A DNA stretch of 64,000 nucleotides from a virus (taxonomy: Duplodnaviria; Caudoviricetes). How positions within the stretch are numbered: the stretch's first letter is position 1; each line of letters starts with the position of its first letter. Position numbers and translations under genes: made by a program. The stretch lies in IMG/VR virus record IMGVR_UViG_3300035491_000281; one strand, given 5' to 3'. Below, in pieces: positions 1-9,344 of this stretch. The notes under the pieces are model-generated. The model worked only from the letters and a program-made list of their open reading frames with translations. It was not told where the DNA came from and made no database searches.

Positions 1-1
1 C

Positions 2-853
2 GTGATTCGCTTCCCGCTGATGGACCTGCTGGAAGGTGATGACGATGCGCCGCTCGGCGTGAAGCTGCGCAAGAAGGACAAGCAAACCCTGCATGCGCTG
101 CTGCACCACATCATGCCGTTCGGTGACAGTCCGGAGGAGTACAGTGCCGGTTCGGATTCCCGGATCGCGCCGTTCTTCGACGCCTTCCTGCGCGCGTACA
201 CCAAGGCGGCCACGCAGCAGAACAAGATCATCAATCGCTACGCCAAGGCGATGGACATGAGCTTGTCTCCGCTGCCGCTGGATTACTTGGAAGAGCTGGA
301 GAATCTCGGGCAGTTCTACGAAAAGATCCCGGCCCTGCGCGGTAACCAAGGCGGCATCAATGAGGAGGACGAAACGACCCCGGCGCCACAACCGCAAGCT
401 GCACCCGCGGCACGTCAACAAGCGGCTACGGCTCCGGCACGTCCTGCGGTAGAAACCCGCCCGGCGACCAGGCAGGAAGCAGAGGCGTCGGGTAAGGCAA
501 CGGTGTCGGTCAAGGACTTCCTTAACAGTACCCGCCCACCGCAGCCACCGGCGTACCCGCAACAGCCCCAACAGCCGTATGGTGCGTATCAGCAGCCCGC
601 TGGCTACAGTCCGTATGGTCAACCACAACAACCCAACCGCTACGCGGCCTATCCGGTAACCGACCCACGCCGTCCGGCTTGGCTCGGCGGTCAGCCGCAA
701 CAACCCCAGCAACCGGCGAACCCGTTCGCACAAGCGTTCGCCACCACCCAAGCGCCGCAGCAACCGACAGGCTATCAAATGCCTTACGGCCAACCGCCTG
801 CCGCCGCCCAGAACCTGCCGTGGAATAACGGTCAGGACTCCGGTCGGCTGTAA
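2..853 (+). CDS. 5'-truncated conserved phiKZ-like hypothetical protein (gp69-like position) with Pro/Gln/Tyr-rich disordered C-terminus
   Basis: Open from window start; host-like codon usage; ends just before a GC hairpin with a T-tract; lies upstream of the nvRNAP beta gene. Confidence 0.75.
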   Translation: MIRFPLMDLLEGDDDAPLGVKLRKKDKQTLHALLHHIMPFGDSPEEYSAGSDSRIAPFFDAFLRAYTKAATQQNKIINRYAKAMDMSLSPLPLDYLEELENLGQFYEKIPALRGNQGGINEEDETTPAPQPQAAPAARQQAATAPARPAVETRPATRQEAEASGKATVSVKDFLNSTRPPQPPAYPQQPQQPYGAYQQPAGYSPYGQPQQPNRYAAYPVTDPRRPAWLGGQPQQPQQPANPFAQAFATTQAPQQPTGYQMPYGQPPAAAQNLPWNNGQDSGRL

Positions 854-874
854 GCAACCCTAAGCTACGGCATA

Positions 875-907
875 GGGGGAGTCCCGTTGGGGACTCCTCC
901 TTTTTTT
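875..907 (+). terminator. Intrinsic terminator
   Basis: GGGGGAGTCCC-GTT-GGGGACTCCTCC hairpin followed by T7, preceded by ACGGCATA. Confidence 0.8.
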
Positions 908-914
908 GTTGCAA

Positions 915-1280
915 CTACCGCCGTGTAGTGAGGTACAAGGTGCGTAGATCACTGATCATTTCCGTCGGTGGTCGGCGTAGCTGGAACCGTTGCTCCTTGA
1001 TGTACGGATCGCGGAGTTGACGACCAAACTGATTAGGGCTTTCCATGCCGTTGACGCGCAGATAAATCCAGTGCAGTTCCATCCCCACGCCCAGCTCACC
1101 CAGCAGTCCGTAAAAGTCGCCTTCGTATTGGTGCAATTTGTCAGGACTGATGGCGCTGCGCTGAGTGGCCGGGTGGTTGCGCAGGAGCGTCAGGTGGGTT
1201 TCGATCACCGTGCGGAAACCGGGTTCGTAATAAACGGTGTCGCCAGGATCGCCCGCCAAGGCGTGAACAGAGAATACCAT
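915..1280 (-). CDS. Putative LysM-like baseplate wedge protein (T4 gp53-like)
   Basis: YEGDFYGLLGELGVGMELHWIYLRVNGMESP resembles the gp53-type Y..RPD.IA...YG...WIIL..N.I.P pattern; SD GGAG upstream. Confidence 0.45.
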   Translation of the reverse strand: MVFSVHALAGDPGDTVYYEPGFRTVIETHLTLLRNHPATQRSAISPDKLHQYEGDFYGLLGELGVGMELHWIYLRVNGMESPNQFGRQLRDPYIKEQRFQLRRPPTEMISDLRTLYLTTRR

Positions 1281-1298
1281 GTCAGGGCTCCTAAAAGC

Positions 1299-1325
1299 AT
1301 TGAGATCTATATCATCGCTTGTGGA
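1299..1325 (+). promoter_or_regulatory. Putative phage early (virion RNAP) promoter for the nvRNAP operon
   Basis: ATTGAGATCTATATCATC matches the motif repeated at 40332, 41596, 42011 and 57561; resembles the phiKZ early TATATTAC element. Confidence 0.6.
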
Positions 1326-1351
1326 GTCACTTCAGTAAAAAGGCACTTAGC

Positions 1352-2530
1352 ATGACCGAGCGTATACGTAAAGAGATTGGAGTTGACCTGTTGGGGGTTA
1401 ACGCCATCGATCCATGGTTTCGCAACTCGTCGAGTCCGCGTAAAACCATGATGGCCTCGCACATCGGCCAGAGTCCGATGGTTGACGGCAACGAGCCACG
1501 CCGGAACTTCACCGGGGTGGAAACCGAATACTCGAAGTACACCTTCGATATCAAACTACCCTGCGATGCAACGATCCTCAAGATCATTCGCAAATACCCC
1601 ACCGGTATCGGCGCCGACGCCATTCGGCATAACCCGCTGACCACCATCATCTACGAGGACTTCAACGACCCGCACAAAAGCATCGGGGTGCTACATGTGC
1701 CGGACTTTGCCTCCTTCCATCAGGACTTCGGCTTTCCTTACAAGCGCCGTAGTGATGTCTGGGAACGCCTGGCGCCGGGGGCGTATATTGCCGAGGGCGA
1801 GGTGTTGGCCGCCTCGCCGGCGGTGCGGGAGAACGGTCAGTACGGCATGGGAATCGAGGCCGAAGCGGCGTTCATGTCATTGCCTGGAACCATCGAGGAC
1901 GGCTTCATTGTCTCCGAGAGTTTTCTCAAGCGCATGACTCCCACCACTTACAACACCCTGGTGGGGAACTGGGGTCGCAAGGCCTTCCCATTGAACCTGT
2001 ACGGGGACGACACCCATTACAAACCCTTCCCCGATATCGGCGATAGGATTCGCGAAGACGGGTTGGTGTTCGCCCTGCGTGAGATCGACGACGACCTGGG
2101 TGTGGCCGAGATGACCCCGCGTGCTCTGCGCTGCGTGGATCACGCCTTTGATCGCCCGCTGTACGGTAAGCCGGGTTCGGTGGTGGTGGATATCAATGTC
2201 TACCACGATGATCGGTTGAACCCGTCGTGGACGCCGGTGGGTATGGATACCCAGGCGCGCAAGTACTACGACGCCCAGGTGCAGTATTACCGCACCCTAC
2301 TGGAGGAGTATCAGCGCCTACGTAAGCGCCGCGGTGCGGGGTTGGTGATCACTCAGGAATTCAACACTCTATTGGTGGAAGCCCAGCTGTTTTTGCCGGT
2401 GGCGATGGACAAGCGCAAGCTGTCGCGCATGTACCGCCTGGAACCATTGGACGAGTGGCGTGTGGAGGTCACGTATGAAACCAAGATGACGTCAGGAGTC
2501 GGTTTTAAGTTTACTGATTTTCATGGTGGT
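1352..2530 (+). CDS. Non-virion RNA polymerase beta subunit, C-terminal half, exon 1 (phiKZ gp71-73-like)
   Basis: RpoB motifs SSPRKTMMASHIGQ and ...GFKFTDFHGG; ORF stops 2 codons after the exon end; likely start ATG 1352. Confidence 0.9.
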
Positions 2531-2894
2531 AATTAATTGCCTCTCTTGCCAGTAACGGCTAGAGATTATTCCTCTAATTGCGGGGATGCCCTTAGAGTCA
2601 CACTCACCAACCCGACGCAGGAAACTCGTCGAGGGGCCAGTCTAACTAACTGGGTATGGTAACAGTAGTGTGGATTGGGTGATCCGCAGCGAAGTCTCTA
2701 CATATTGCTGAGAAGCAAGATACGAGAAACGTTCAACGACTAACCGCTTACCACGGTGTAGGAGTCAGTGACTCCGAAATGGGGAACTCCCGAACAGCTT
2801 GGCTGAGGGAGAAGATATAGTCTGCTCCTGTGGGAAACCACAGGCGGGTGTCGTTGCACACCGGCTTGGTCTAACGAACCAAGTGGACAAAAGG
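2531..2894 (+). mobile_element. Group I self-splicing intron, 364 nt, ORF-less, IA2-like (P7.1/P7.2 present)
   Basis: P AATTGCGGGGA 2576-2586; Q GATCCGCAGC 2691-2700; R GTTCAACGACTA 2731-2742; S AAGATATAGTC 2812-2822; P1 with U2530-G2539 wobble; terminal G2894; splicing restores HGG|KGVDC in frame. Confidence 0.92.
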
Positions 2895-3881
2895 AAAGGC
2901 GTTGACTGCAAGACAGTGCCTGATGACCACATGCCGGTCGACGAAAACGGTAACCGGGCCGACGTGATCATCTACGGTGGTTCGACCATCAAACGCATGA
3001 ACATCGGCCGTCTCTACGAGCAGTTCATCAACGCCGCCAGCCGCGACCTAACCCAAAAGGTGCGGGTCCAAGCGGGGCTGCAGCCCAAGCTGCAACCGAC
3101 CCAGTTCCAGCTGAGCAAGCTCAAAGAGCAACCGCAACTGGTAGAGGCGATCTGGGATCAGTTGCTGCGCTACTACGCCATCGTCGCCCCCCTGCAGTAT
3201 GACCTGCTGTATCGGGACGATGATCACTACCGGCACGTAGCGGCGGTGCTGCGCGATGGCATCTATCTGTACATTCCGCCGGACAACCCGGTCAACAACC
3301 TGGAAATGGTTAAGCAGCTCCGCGAAAGCGAGTTTTGCCCACACTATGGAAAGGTGACCTACCGCGACAACGCCGGGAAGGTGGTGACCACCGCCAACCA
3401 GGTATTGATCGGTAGCCTGTACATGATGATGCTGGAGAAAACCGGCGAGGACTGGTCCGGAGTGGCGTCGGTGAAAACCAACCACTTCGGGGTCCCCTCC
3501 AAACTCAACAACTACGACAAGCAGACCACCCCGGGTCGTCAGGCACCGGTGCGGGCTCTGGGTGAGTCGGAAACCCGTTCGTACATCTGTACGGTGGGAC
3601 CGCAAGCCACCGTCGAGTTGTTGGACCAGTCCAACAGTCCGGAAGCGCACATGAACGCGACCGAGAATATCCTCAAGGCTGCAAAGCCAACCGATATCGA
3701 CAAGGTGGTGGACCGGACCAAGGTTCCCTACGGTGGCTCACGCCCGGTGGCCTTCACCGAGCACTTGCTGGCCTGCCGGGGACTGAGGTTCCGCTACGCT
3801 CCAGACACCGATAACGGTGATATGGAGTACACCCCATCGATGGATGAGCTCTATGCCGATCAAGAAGGAGGTCTTCTGTAA
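2895..3881 (+). CDS. Non-virion RNA polymerase beta subunit, C-terminal half, exon 2
   Basis: KGVDCKTVPDDHMPVDENGNRADVII...TIKRMNIGRLYEQ, YMMMLEK and RALGESE are RpoB C-terminal motifs; spliced product 721 aa. Confidence 0.9.
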   Translation, partial: KGVDCKTVPDDHMPVDENGNRADVIIYGGSTIKRMNIGRLYEQFINAASRDLTQKVRVQAGLQPKLQPTQFQLSKLKEQPQLVEAIWDQLLRYYAIVAPLQYDLLYRDDDHYRHVAAVLRDGIYLYIPPDNPVNNLEMVKQLRESEFCPHYGKVTYRDNAGKVVTTANQVLIGSLYMMMLEKTGEDWSGVASVKTNHFGVPSKLNNYDKQTTPGRQAPVRALGESETRSYICTVGPQATVELLDQSNSPEAHMNATENILKAAKPTDIDKVVDRTKVPYGGSRPVAFTEHLLACRGLRFRYAPDTDNGDMEYTPSMDELYADQEGGLL

Positions 3882-5858
3882 ATGAACCGTTATCATGCAC
3901 GCGATCTCTTGGCGTTGGATGCCGATGTCCTCTGGGCACTGCCGGAAGAACGCCATGTCGTGGTGTTCGACGACGGCGAGGTGGTGACGCACACCCGCGC
4001 TACCATCACCTCGGTCTACCTCTGGGAACCGCTGCGGCAGTTCCCGGATGTCCCGCTGTCGAGTCGTTTTCACCTGGGCGACAAACGCTTCACCAGTAAG
4101 TCCATGCTCAAACAGATCAATACCGTGATCTGGGCGATCCACAGCTTCCGTAACGAAGAAGTCGATCCGGAGTTGCTGGCTAAACTGGCTTTCCAGACCG
4201 TAAACCGGTTCTACAACGAATTCACGGTACGGTTGTCGGCGTTCCCAGCGACGTTGTCGATGTTCGACGTCTTGGACGTCATGTACCACCCCCAAATCAA
4301 GGAGGCGAACGAGAAGGTCGAACCAACGCAGTACTCGATCGAGGAGGTCTGCTACAAGCAGATCAAGGATGTGTTCAACGATCAGACTCAGCTGCGCGGT
4401 AACCCGTTGGCCGAGGCGATCCGTTCGGGTACGCTGAAGATGGATCAGATGCTGCAGTGTGTGGGTCCCCGGGGGTTCATGACCGACATCGATTCCACCA
4501 TTTTCCCGGAGCCGATCACCAAAGGCTACGTGGAAGGGATCGACTCACTGCACGACGCCATGATCGAATCGCGCTCCGGCTCCAAGTCGTTGCTGTATAA
4601 CAAGGAGCTGCTGCGCGATACCGAGTACTTCAACCGCAAGACCCAGCTGATCGCCCAGTACGTGCAGCGTCTGCATCCCGGTGATTGCGGCGGTCAACCG
4701 ATTGACTTCCCCGTCATGGAAAGCCTGCTCAAGACTCTGCGTGGCAAGTACCATGTGGTGAACGGCAAACTGGAAGTACTCAACGGCGATGAGAAACACC
4801 TGATCGGTCAGCGGATCAAGCTGCGTTCGGTGTTGGGGTGCCGGCATCCCGATCCGTCGGGTATCTGCGCGGTGTGCTACGGGCGCCTGTCCTACAGCGT
4901 ACCCCGTGGCACCAACATCGGTCACATCAGTGCGGTCAGCATGGGGGACAAGATCACCTCCAGTGTGTTGTCGACCAAGCATTTGGATTCGACCTCACGG
5001 GTGGAGAAATTCAACCTCGGTAAGACTGAAGCCAAGTACTTGCGTTACCGCGATCAGGACGAGCAGGACCTGTACCTGAAGCGGGAACTCAAGGGCAAGT
5101 CGAAGCGGATTGTGGTATTCCGCAACGAAGTGCAGAGCTTGGTGGACATCTTGATGCTGTCCAGTCTGGAAGACTACCCGGTGGGTAACGCCAGCAACCT
5201 GACCATGATGCAGATCATTGTCGATGAGGGCGACGAAGGGCAGACCAGCGAATTGCTGCGGGTATCGTTGTACAACCGCAAGTCCAGTTTCTCGAAAGAG
5301 CTGCTGGAGCATATCGCCAAGGTAGGTTGGTCGCATGACGCCAAGGACAACGTGGTGATTGACATCACCACCTTCGATGTCAGCAAACCCTTCCTGTCGT
5401 TGCCTTTCAAGCACGTTAACATGTACGAGGTGATGAAACGCATTCAAAGCTTCCTGCATTCGGGTAGTGACACTGAAACCAAACGCTTAGGAGAACGTGG
5501 GGACGATAGCAACCGTGGTCGCAAGAACTTCCTGAAGAACTACAAAGATCCGGTCGAGGCCTTGGTGGTGTTTGCCACCATGCTGAACGAAAAGCTCAGC
5601 ATCAACCTCGTCCACTGCGAAGTTCTGGTATACGCTATGATGGTTAGGTCCGCCACTCAGCGGGATTACCGACTGCCAATTCCGGGGATCTCTGGCGTGT
5701 TTGAGAAATACAACACGCTGATGATGAACCGGAGCCTGGCCGATGCCATGGCGTTTGAGAAGCAGGATAGGCCGTTGATCAATCCTGGCAGTTTCATTTA
5801 TACCAAGCGCAACGACCACCCCTATGACCTAGTCATGTTGGGAGGTCGACTGACTTAG
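3882..5858 (+). CDS. Non-virion RNA polymerase beta' subunit, C-terminal half (phiKZ gp74-like)
   Basis: SGTLKMDQMLQCVGPRG, ESRSGSKSL, DCGG, RSVLGC...ICAVCYG, GHISAVSMG..TSSVLSTKH are RpoC-type motifs. Confidence 0.92.
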   Translation: MNRYHARDLLALDADVLWALPEERHVVVFDDGEVVTHTRATITSVYLWEPLRQFPDVPLSSRFHLGDKRFTSKSMLKQINTVIWAIHSFRNEEVDPELLAKLAFQTVNRFYNEFTVRLSAFPATLSMFDVLDVMYHPQIKEANEKVEPTQYSIEEVCYKQIKDVFNDQTQLRGNPLAEAIRSGTLKMDQMLQCVGPRGFMTDIDSTIFPEPITKGYVEGIDSLHDAMIESRSGSKSLLYNKELLRDTEYFNRKTQLIAQYVQRLHPGDCGGQPIDFPVMESLLKTLRGKYHVVNGKLEVLNGDEKHLIGQRIKLRSVLGCRHPDPSGICAVCYGRLSYSVPRGTNIGHISAVSMGDKITSSVLSTKHLDSTSRVEKFNLGKTEAKYLRYRDQDEQDLYLKRELKGKSKRIVVFRNEVQSLVDILMLSSLEDYPVGNASNLTMMQIIVDEGDEGQTSELLRVSLYNRKSSFSKELLEHIAKVGWSHDAKDNVVIDITTFDVSKPFLSLPFKHVNMYEVMKRIQSFLHSGSDTETKRLGERGDDSNRGRKNFLKNYKDPVEALVVFATMLNEKLSINLVHCEVLVYAMMVRSATQRDYRLPIPGISGVFEKYNTLMMNRSLADAMAFEKQDRPLINPGSFIYTKRNDHPYDLVMLGGRLT

Positions 5859-5908
5859 GCATGGGAGGGACGGATGGGGGTCTTCGGGCCCCCTAACCGT
5901 AAGATACA

Positions 5909-7441
5909 ATGACACCTATCGTTAAACTGGAAATCTATACCCACGGGGTCCGCATCAGCGGTTACACGCGGGACACTTTTCGACACCTCTCTCATTTTTT
6001 GGAAGGGTTGACCCTGAAAGAGCCCCGTCGCCTCCCCGCCCATCAAGGCGGGCACATGGTGATGGAATTGAAAAAGCGCTTTTATGGATTGGCTGAAAAC
6101 CATCGAGAGGCGTTCATTCATCGGCATCAACTGAAAGACCTGTTGAGCTTTCTGCGCGAACGCGGGATTCCACCGGAGCGCATTGAGCAGGTAGCCATTC
6201 CGGTACCGGTCGCCACCAAGGCGACGTTTCGCATCAAACCCCATTTCACACCGATGGATTACCAGGTGCCGATCATCGAAGCCCTGGCCGATTACACCAC
6301 CCACTCGCGTCGGTTGGATCTACAAACCGGCAAAGGTAAAACGTTCTCGGCACTGGCCGCAGTGGCCAAGCGCGGCGAACGTACTGTGATCATGCTGCCG
6401 CCGAAATACTTCGGCATCTGGACTAAAGCCCTGGCTGACGTCTACGAAGATATCGAGGGGCGTTACTGCACGGTGTCGGGCTCGGCGGAATTGCAGGCAC
6501 TGATCAACCAAGCCGTGGAAGGGGAGCTGGTCCATGACCTTTACCTGATCTCCTCGGTGACCTACCGGGGCTACCTGGAAGCCTACGAGAAGTTCGGCGA
6601 GAGCATCGTTGACATGGGCTACCTGGTACCACCGCCGCGCTTTCATGAGGCGCTGGGGGCGGGGATTCAGATCAACGATGAGTTCCAGGAAGACCCAGGT
6701 TTGGTGTTCCGCACCGACATCTTCAGCAACGTCGACAAGCAGATCTATCTGTCGGCAACGCCGTTCACCGGGAGTGACTTTGTCACCCGCATGATCGATG
6801 TGATGTTACCAGCGGAGACGGCCTGCCCGTTGCCGGAGTACGACCAGTACATCAACGTCATTGGTCTACTCTACAACGACCCTGGGATCACCTCCAAGGA
6901 CTTTCTGACACCCTTCAAGAATACCTACAACCATGCCCGCTACGAGACGCGTTTGCTCAAGCATCGTAAACGGCTGGATCGGTATTGTTCGATGGTGCGC
7001 AAGGTCATCACGGGCATCTACTACAAGGATCGGATTCCCGGGCAGAAGATCCTGGTGCTCTGCGCCACCGTGGAGTTCATCAAGCATCTAACCCAGTACC
7101 TCAATACCGCCTTCCCGGACTTGCGGGTGGGGATGCACGTGGCCGGCAGCGATTTCCGTAAGCTGGAAACCAACGACATCACCGTCTCGACCATCAAGTC
7201 TTCGGGGACCGGGGTGGATATTGCGGACTTGCGGGAAGTGCTGCTGCTGCAATCGACCGACTCGAAGAAGGACAACATCCAGATTCTCGGGCGACTGCGG
7301 CGAATGAAGAACTACCCTGACCATACCCCGCGGATGACGTACATGGTCTGCATGGACTGTCCGCAGAGCGTCAAGTATCACAACTCCAAGAAGGACCATT
7401 TCAATGGTCGGGCCTTGAACCACAAGGTCATGCGCATCTAG
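5909..7441 (+). CDS. Superfamily 2 (UvsW/RAD3-like) helicase (phiKZ gp75-like)
   Basis: Walker A LQTGKGKT, motif II INDEFQ, LSATP, motif VI QILGRLRR. Confidence 0.9.
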   Translation: MTPIVKLEIYTHGVRISGYTRDTFRHLSHFLEGLTLKEPRRLPAHQGGHMVMELKKRFYGLAENHREAFIHRHQLKDLLSFLRERGIPPERIEQVAIPVPVATKATFRIKPHFTPMDYQVPIIEALADYTTHSRRLDLQTGKGKTFSALAAVAKRGERTVIMLPPKYFGIWTKALADVYEDIEGRYCTVSGSAELQALINQAVEGELVHDLYLISSVTYRGYLEAYEKFGESIVDMGYLVPPPRFHEALGAGIQINDEFQEDPGLVFRTDIFSNVDKQIYLSATPFTGSDFVTRMIDVMLPAETACPLPEYDQYINVIGLLYNDPGITSKDFLTPFKNTYNHARYETRLLKHRKRLDRYCSMVRKVITGIYYKDRIPGQKILVLCATVEFIKHLTQYLNTAFPDLRVGMHVAGSDFRKLETNDITVSTIKSSGTGVDIADLREVLLLQSTDSKKDNIQILGRLRRMKNYPDHTPRMTYMVCMDCPQSVKYHNSKKDHFNGRALNHKVMRI

Positions 7442-7447
7442 CGAACA

Positions 7448-7471
7448 CCCCTCCTTCGGGAGGGGTTTTTT
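7448..7471 (+). terminator. Intrinsic terminator
   Basis: CCCCTCC-TTCG-GGAGGGG plus T6. Confidence 0.85.
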
Positions 7472-7521
7472 CTACGTAGTCGTTCAATGGTAAGAACACA
7501 CATAACCAACAGGAGTCACGT

Positions 7522-7908
7522 ATGTCTCTCGTTCTTCCTCCGGGGCAACTGGAAAGCTTCATCGGCACCTTTTATAAGGTCAATGCCAAACGCCCTCCGG
7601 CCAAACCCGAATACGCCGGTACCGGCGCTTTGGAGCGCTTGGTCATCGCCAAGGGCATGTTGCAGATGCACATCGGTGAGCAACAGGCGGTTGTGAATAT
7701 CCCGGACGCCGAGCAGGTGGATCAGGATACCTACCGGGCGCTCCTCCCGTTGCTGGTCAACCAGCTCGCGCAACTCTTGCAGGTCCCCCATCACAGCAGT
7801 GACATTGCCGGTGCGATGGAACGTTGTGGGTTGATTGCCTACTTCCAAGGCTCGACCTTGCGCATGAACCCGCTTACGCCCGGCTTTGGTGAGAGCGATC
7901 AGTTCTGA
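7522..7908 (+). CDS. Hypothetical protein
   Basis: AGGAG SD, ATG, 128 aa, followed by a hairpin. Confidence 0.75.
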   Translation: MSLVLPPGQLESFIGTFYKVNAKRPPAKPEYAGTGALERLVIAKGMLQMHIGEQQAVVNIPDAEQVDQDTYRALLPLLVNQLAQLLQVPHHSSDIAGAMERCGLIAYFQGSTLRMNPLTPGFGESDQF

Positions 7909-7998
7909 TTTAACCCCTCCCTTCGGGGAGGGTTTATGCCGCCGATTCTTTTTTTTTCATTTACGGTATGTCCAGCAGTAACCCAAAGGACCTTTTTC

Positions 7999-8817
7999 AT
8001 GCGTACGCTAATCAAGCGTGGTAACACGCAGGACAACAACGGTTTAGTTTTACTACCAGGTGAACTTTCGATCGATACCGAGAAGAAAGCCCTGCGGATT
8101 CATGATGGCCTCACCCCCGGGGGGTTTGAGGCGGTAGGGGTACAGGCATTTGTTCCACCGGTTGGACCGGGTCCCAAAACCCTAGCTGTAGGAACAACCG
8201 ACCACGGCTGGTACGGTGAGGTTGCTAGCGCTGACTTGATCGACGGCACGGCATTGGCCGCTTTGGTTGGATTGAGTGCTGGTACTGCGCAAGAGTCTAC
8301 TAGCGGATGGCTGAAATTTGCTTTGAACGGTAAAGTGTTGTTCGTTGCTAAACGACCGCTGCGACACACCGTGAGCTGGAACCAGCTCGACCAGGCGGGG
8401 GTGGTGTACGGCAAAGAAGTCACGATCGGTACGGATCGGTTTCTGGTGCGTTTGATCCGCGGTGCTAACAGTGACCCTACCGTTGGGCAAACGGGTTACG
8501 ACATGCCTTTGACCCACGGCTCCGAATGGAACCGCTTGATGTACCATGTGCATGACGGCGTGCATGGCAACAACAGCAATACCATGGCATCGGAAGGCAT
8601 CACCGTGGGCGACTTCGCACAGTACGCCGACGCCGATCTGTTTGTTAGAACCGGTAACGGTCGATTGACCATTTGTCAGGAACGTATCTCGACTATCGAT
8701 TCTGTGGACCGCTTGTATCGCGGCCATAACGGCATCTCATCGTCAGGAGCTGTAAACGCAACACAGACCCCGTCGATTGCCTATGGCTGGCGTCCGGTGT
8801 TGGAATTGATCCCGTAA
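7999..8817 (+). CDS. Virion/receptor-binding-type protein with Mtd_N-like N-terminal domain (paralogue 1)
   Basis: KRGNTQDNNGLVLLPGELSIDTEKKALRIHDGLTPGG matches the Bordetella Mtd N-terminal pattern; C-terminus GWRPVLELIP; paralogue at 46108; start ATG 7999 after AAGGA. Confidence 0.7.
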   Translation: MRTLIKRGNTQDNNGLVLLPGELSIDTEKKALRIHDGLTPGGFEAVGVQAFVPPVGPGPKTLAVGTTDHGWYGEVASADLIDGTALAALVGLSAGTAQESTSGWLKFALNGKVLFVAKRPLRHTVSWNQLDQAGVVYGKEVTIGTDRFLVRLIRGANSDPTVGQTGYDMPLTHGSEWNRLMYHVHDGVHGNNSNTMASEGITVGDFAQYADADLFVRTGNGRLTICQERISTIDSVDRLYRGHNGISSSGAVNATQTPSIAYGWRPVLELIP

Positions 8818-8859
8818 CACGACATAGACCCCTCCCCGTGTGGGGAGGGGCTTATGCTG

Positions 8860-9336
8860 TTAGTTACCGGTGAAATCCAGATCCAGTTGGCGTTGCACCG
8901 ACCGGTGGGTGGATTCGGTTTGCGTGGCATCGGCCCGACAGATGTCGTAGAGCAATTCAGTCACGAACGGTGGCAACTCCAGAAACTCACTCAGGGATAA
9001 GCCGAAGTGTTTCGTGATCTGGTAGTTGTAGAACTTGCGAATGTGACTGAACAACGGCCCACCTTCCATGACATCCTCTTTGGGGTGCATGGCGACCAGA
9101 GCCAACGGGCGATCCGGTCGGGGGCGGTCGTGTGGGTGGATACCGTACTCGGTTTGGTAGCAGCTAAGTGTGATGATCTCAGCCGCCGTAGGGCGCACCG
9201 CTGGGAGCTCTTGGAGGAGCACATCCAGCTGACCTTTCTTACTTAGGTGACTCAGTCCGAAGCTGGAAAACGCCACATGCCCGTTTCGATCGTTCAGGTC
9301 AAGCGTCAAACGACTGAACCGGGCATCGGTGTTCAC
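8860..9336 (-). CDS. Hypothetical; possible baseplate hub assembly chaperone (T4 gp51-like C-terminal motif)
   Basis: FYNYQITKHFGLSLSEFLELPP pattern; adjacent to a Cys-motif gp26-like gene. Confidence 0.45.
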   Translation of the reverse strand: MNTDARFSRLTLDLNDRNGHVAFSSFGLSHLSKKGQLDVLLQELPAVRPTAAEIITLSCYQTEYGIHPHDRPRPDRPLALVAMHPKEDVMEGGPLFSHIRKFYNYQITKHFGLSLSEFLELPPFVTELLYDICRADATQTESTHRSVQRQLDLDFTGN

Positions 9337-9344
9337 CTCAGGGG

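Noticed and set aside
2799-2894. N-terminal 32 aa (MAEGEDIV...) of the 360-aa ORF as a real protein start
   Set aside because: Lies inside the intron (P8, S, P9); the real coding sequence resumes at 2895 after splicing
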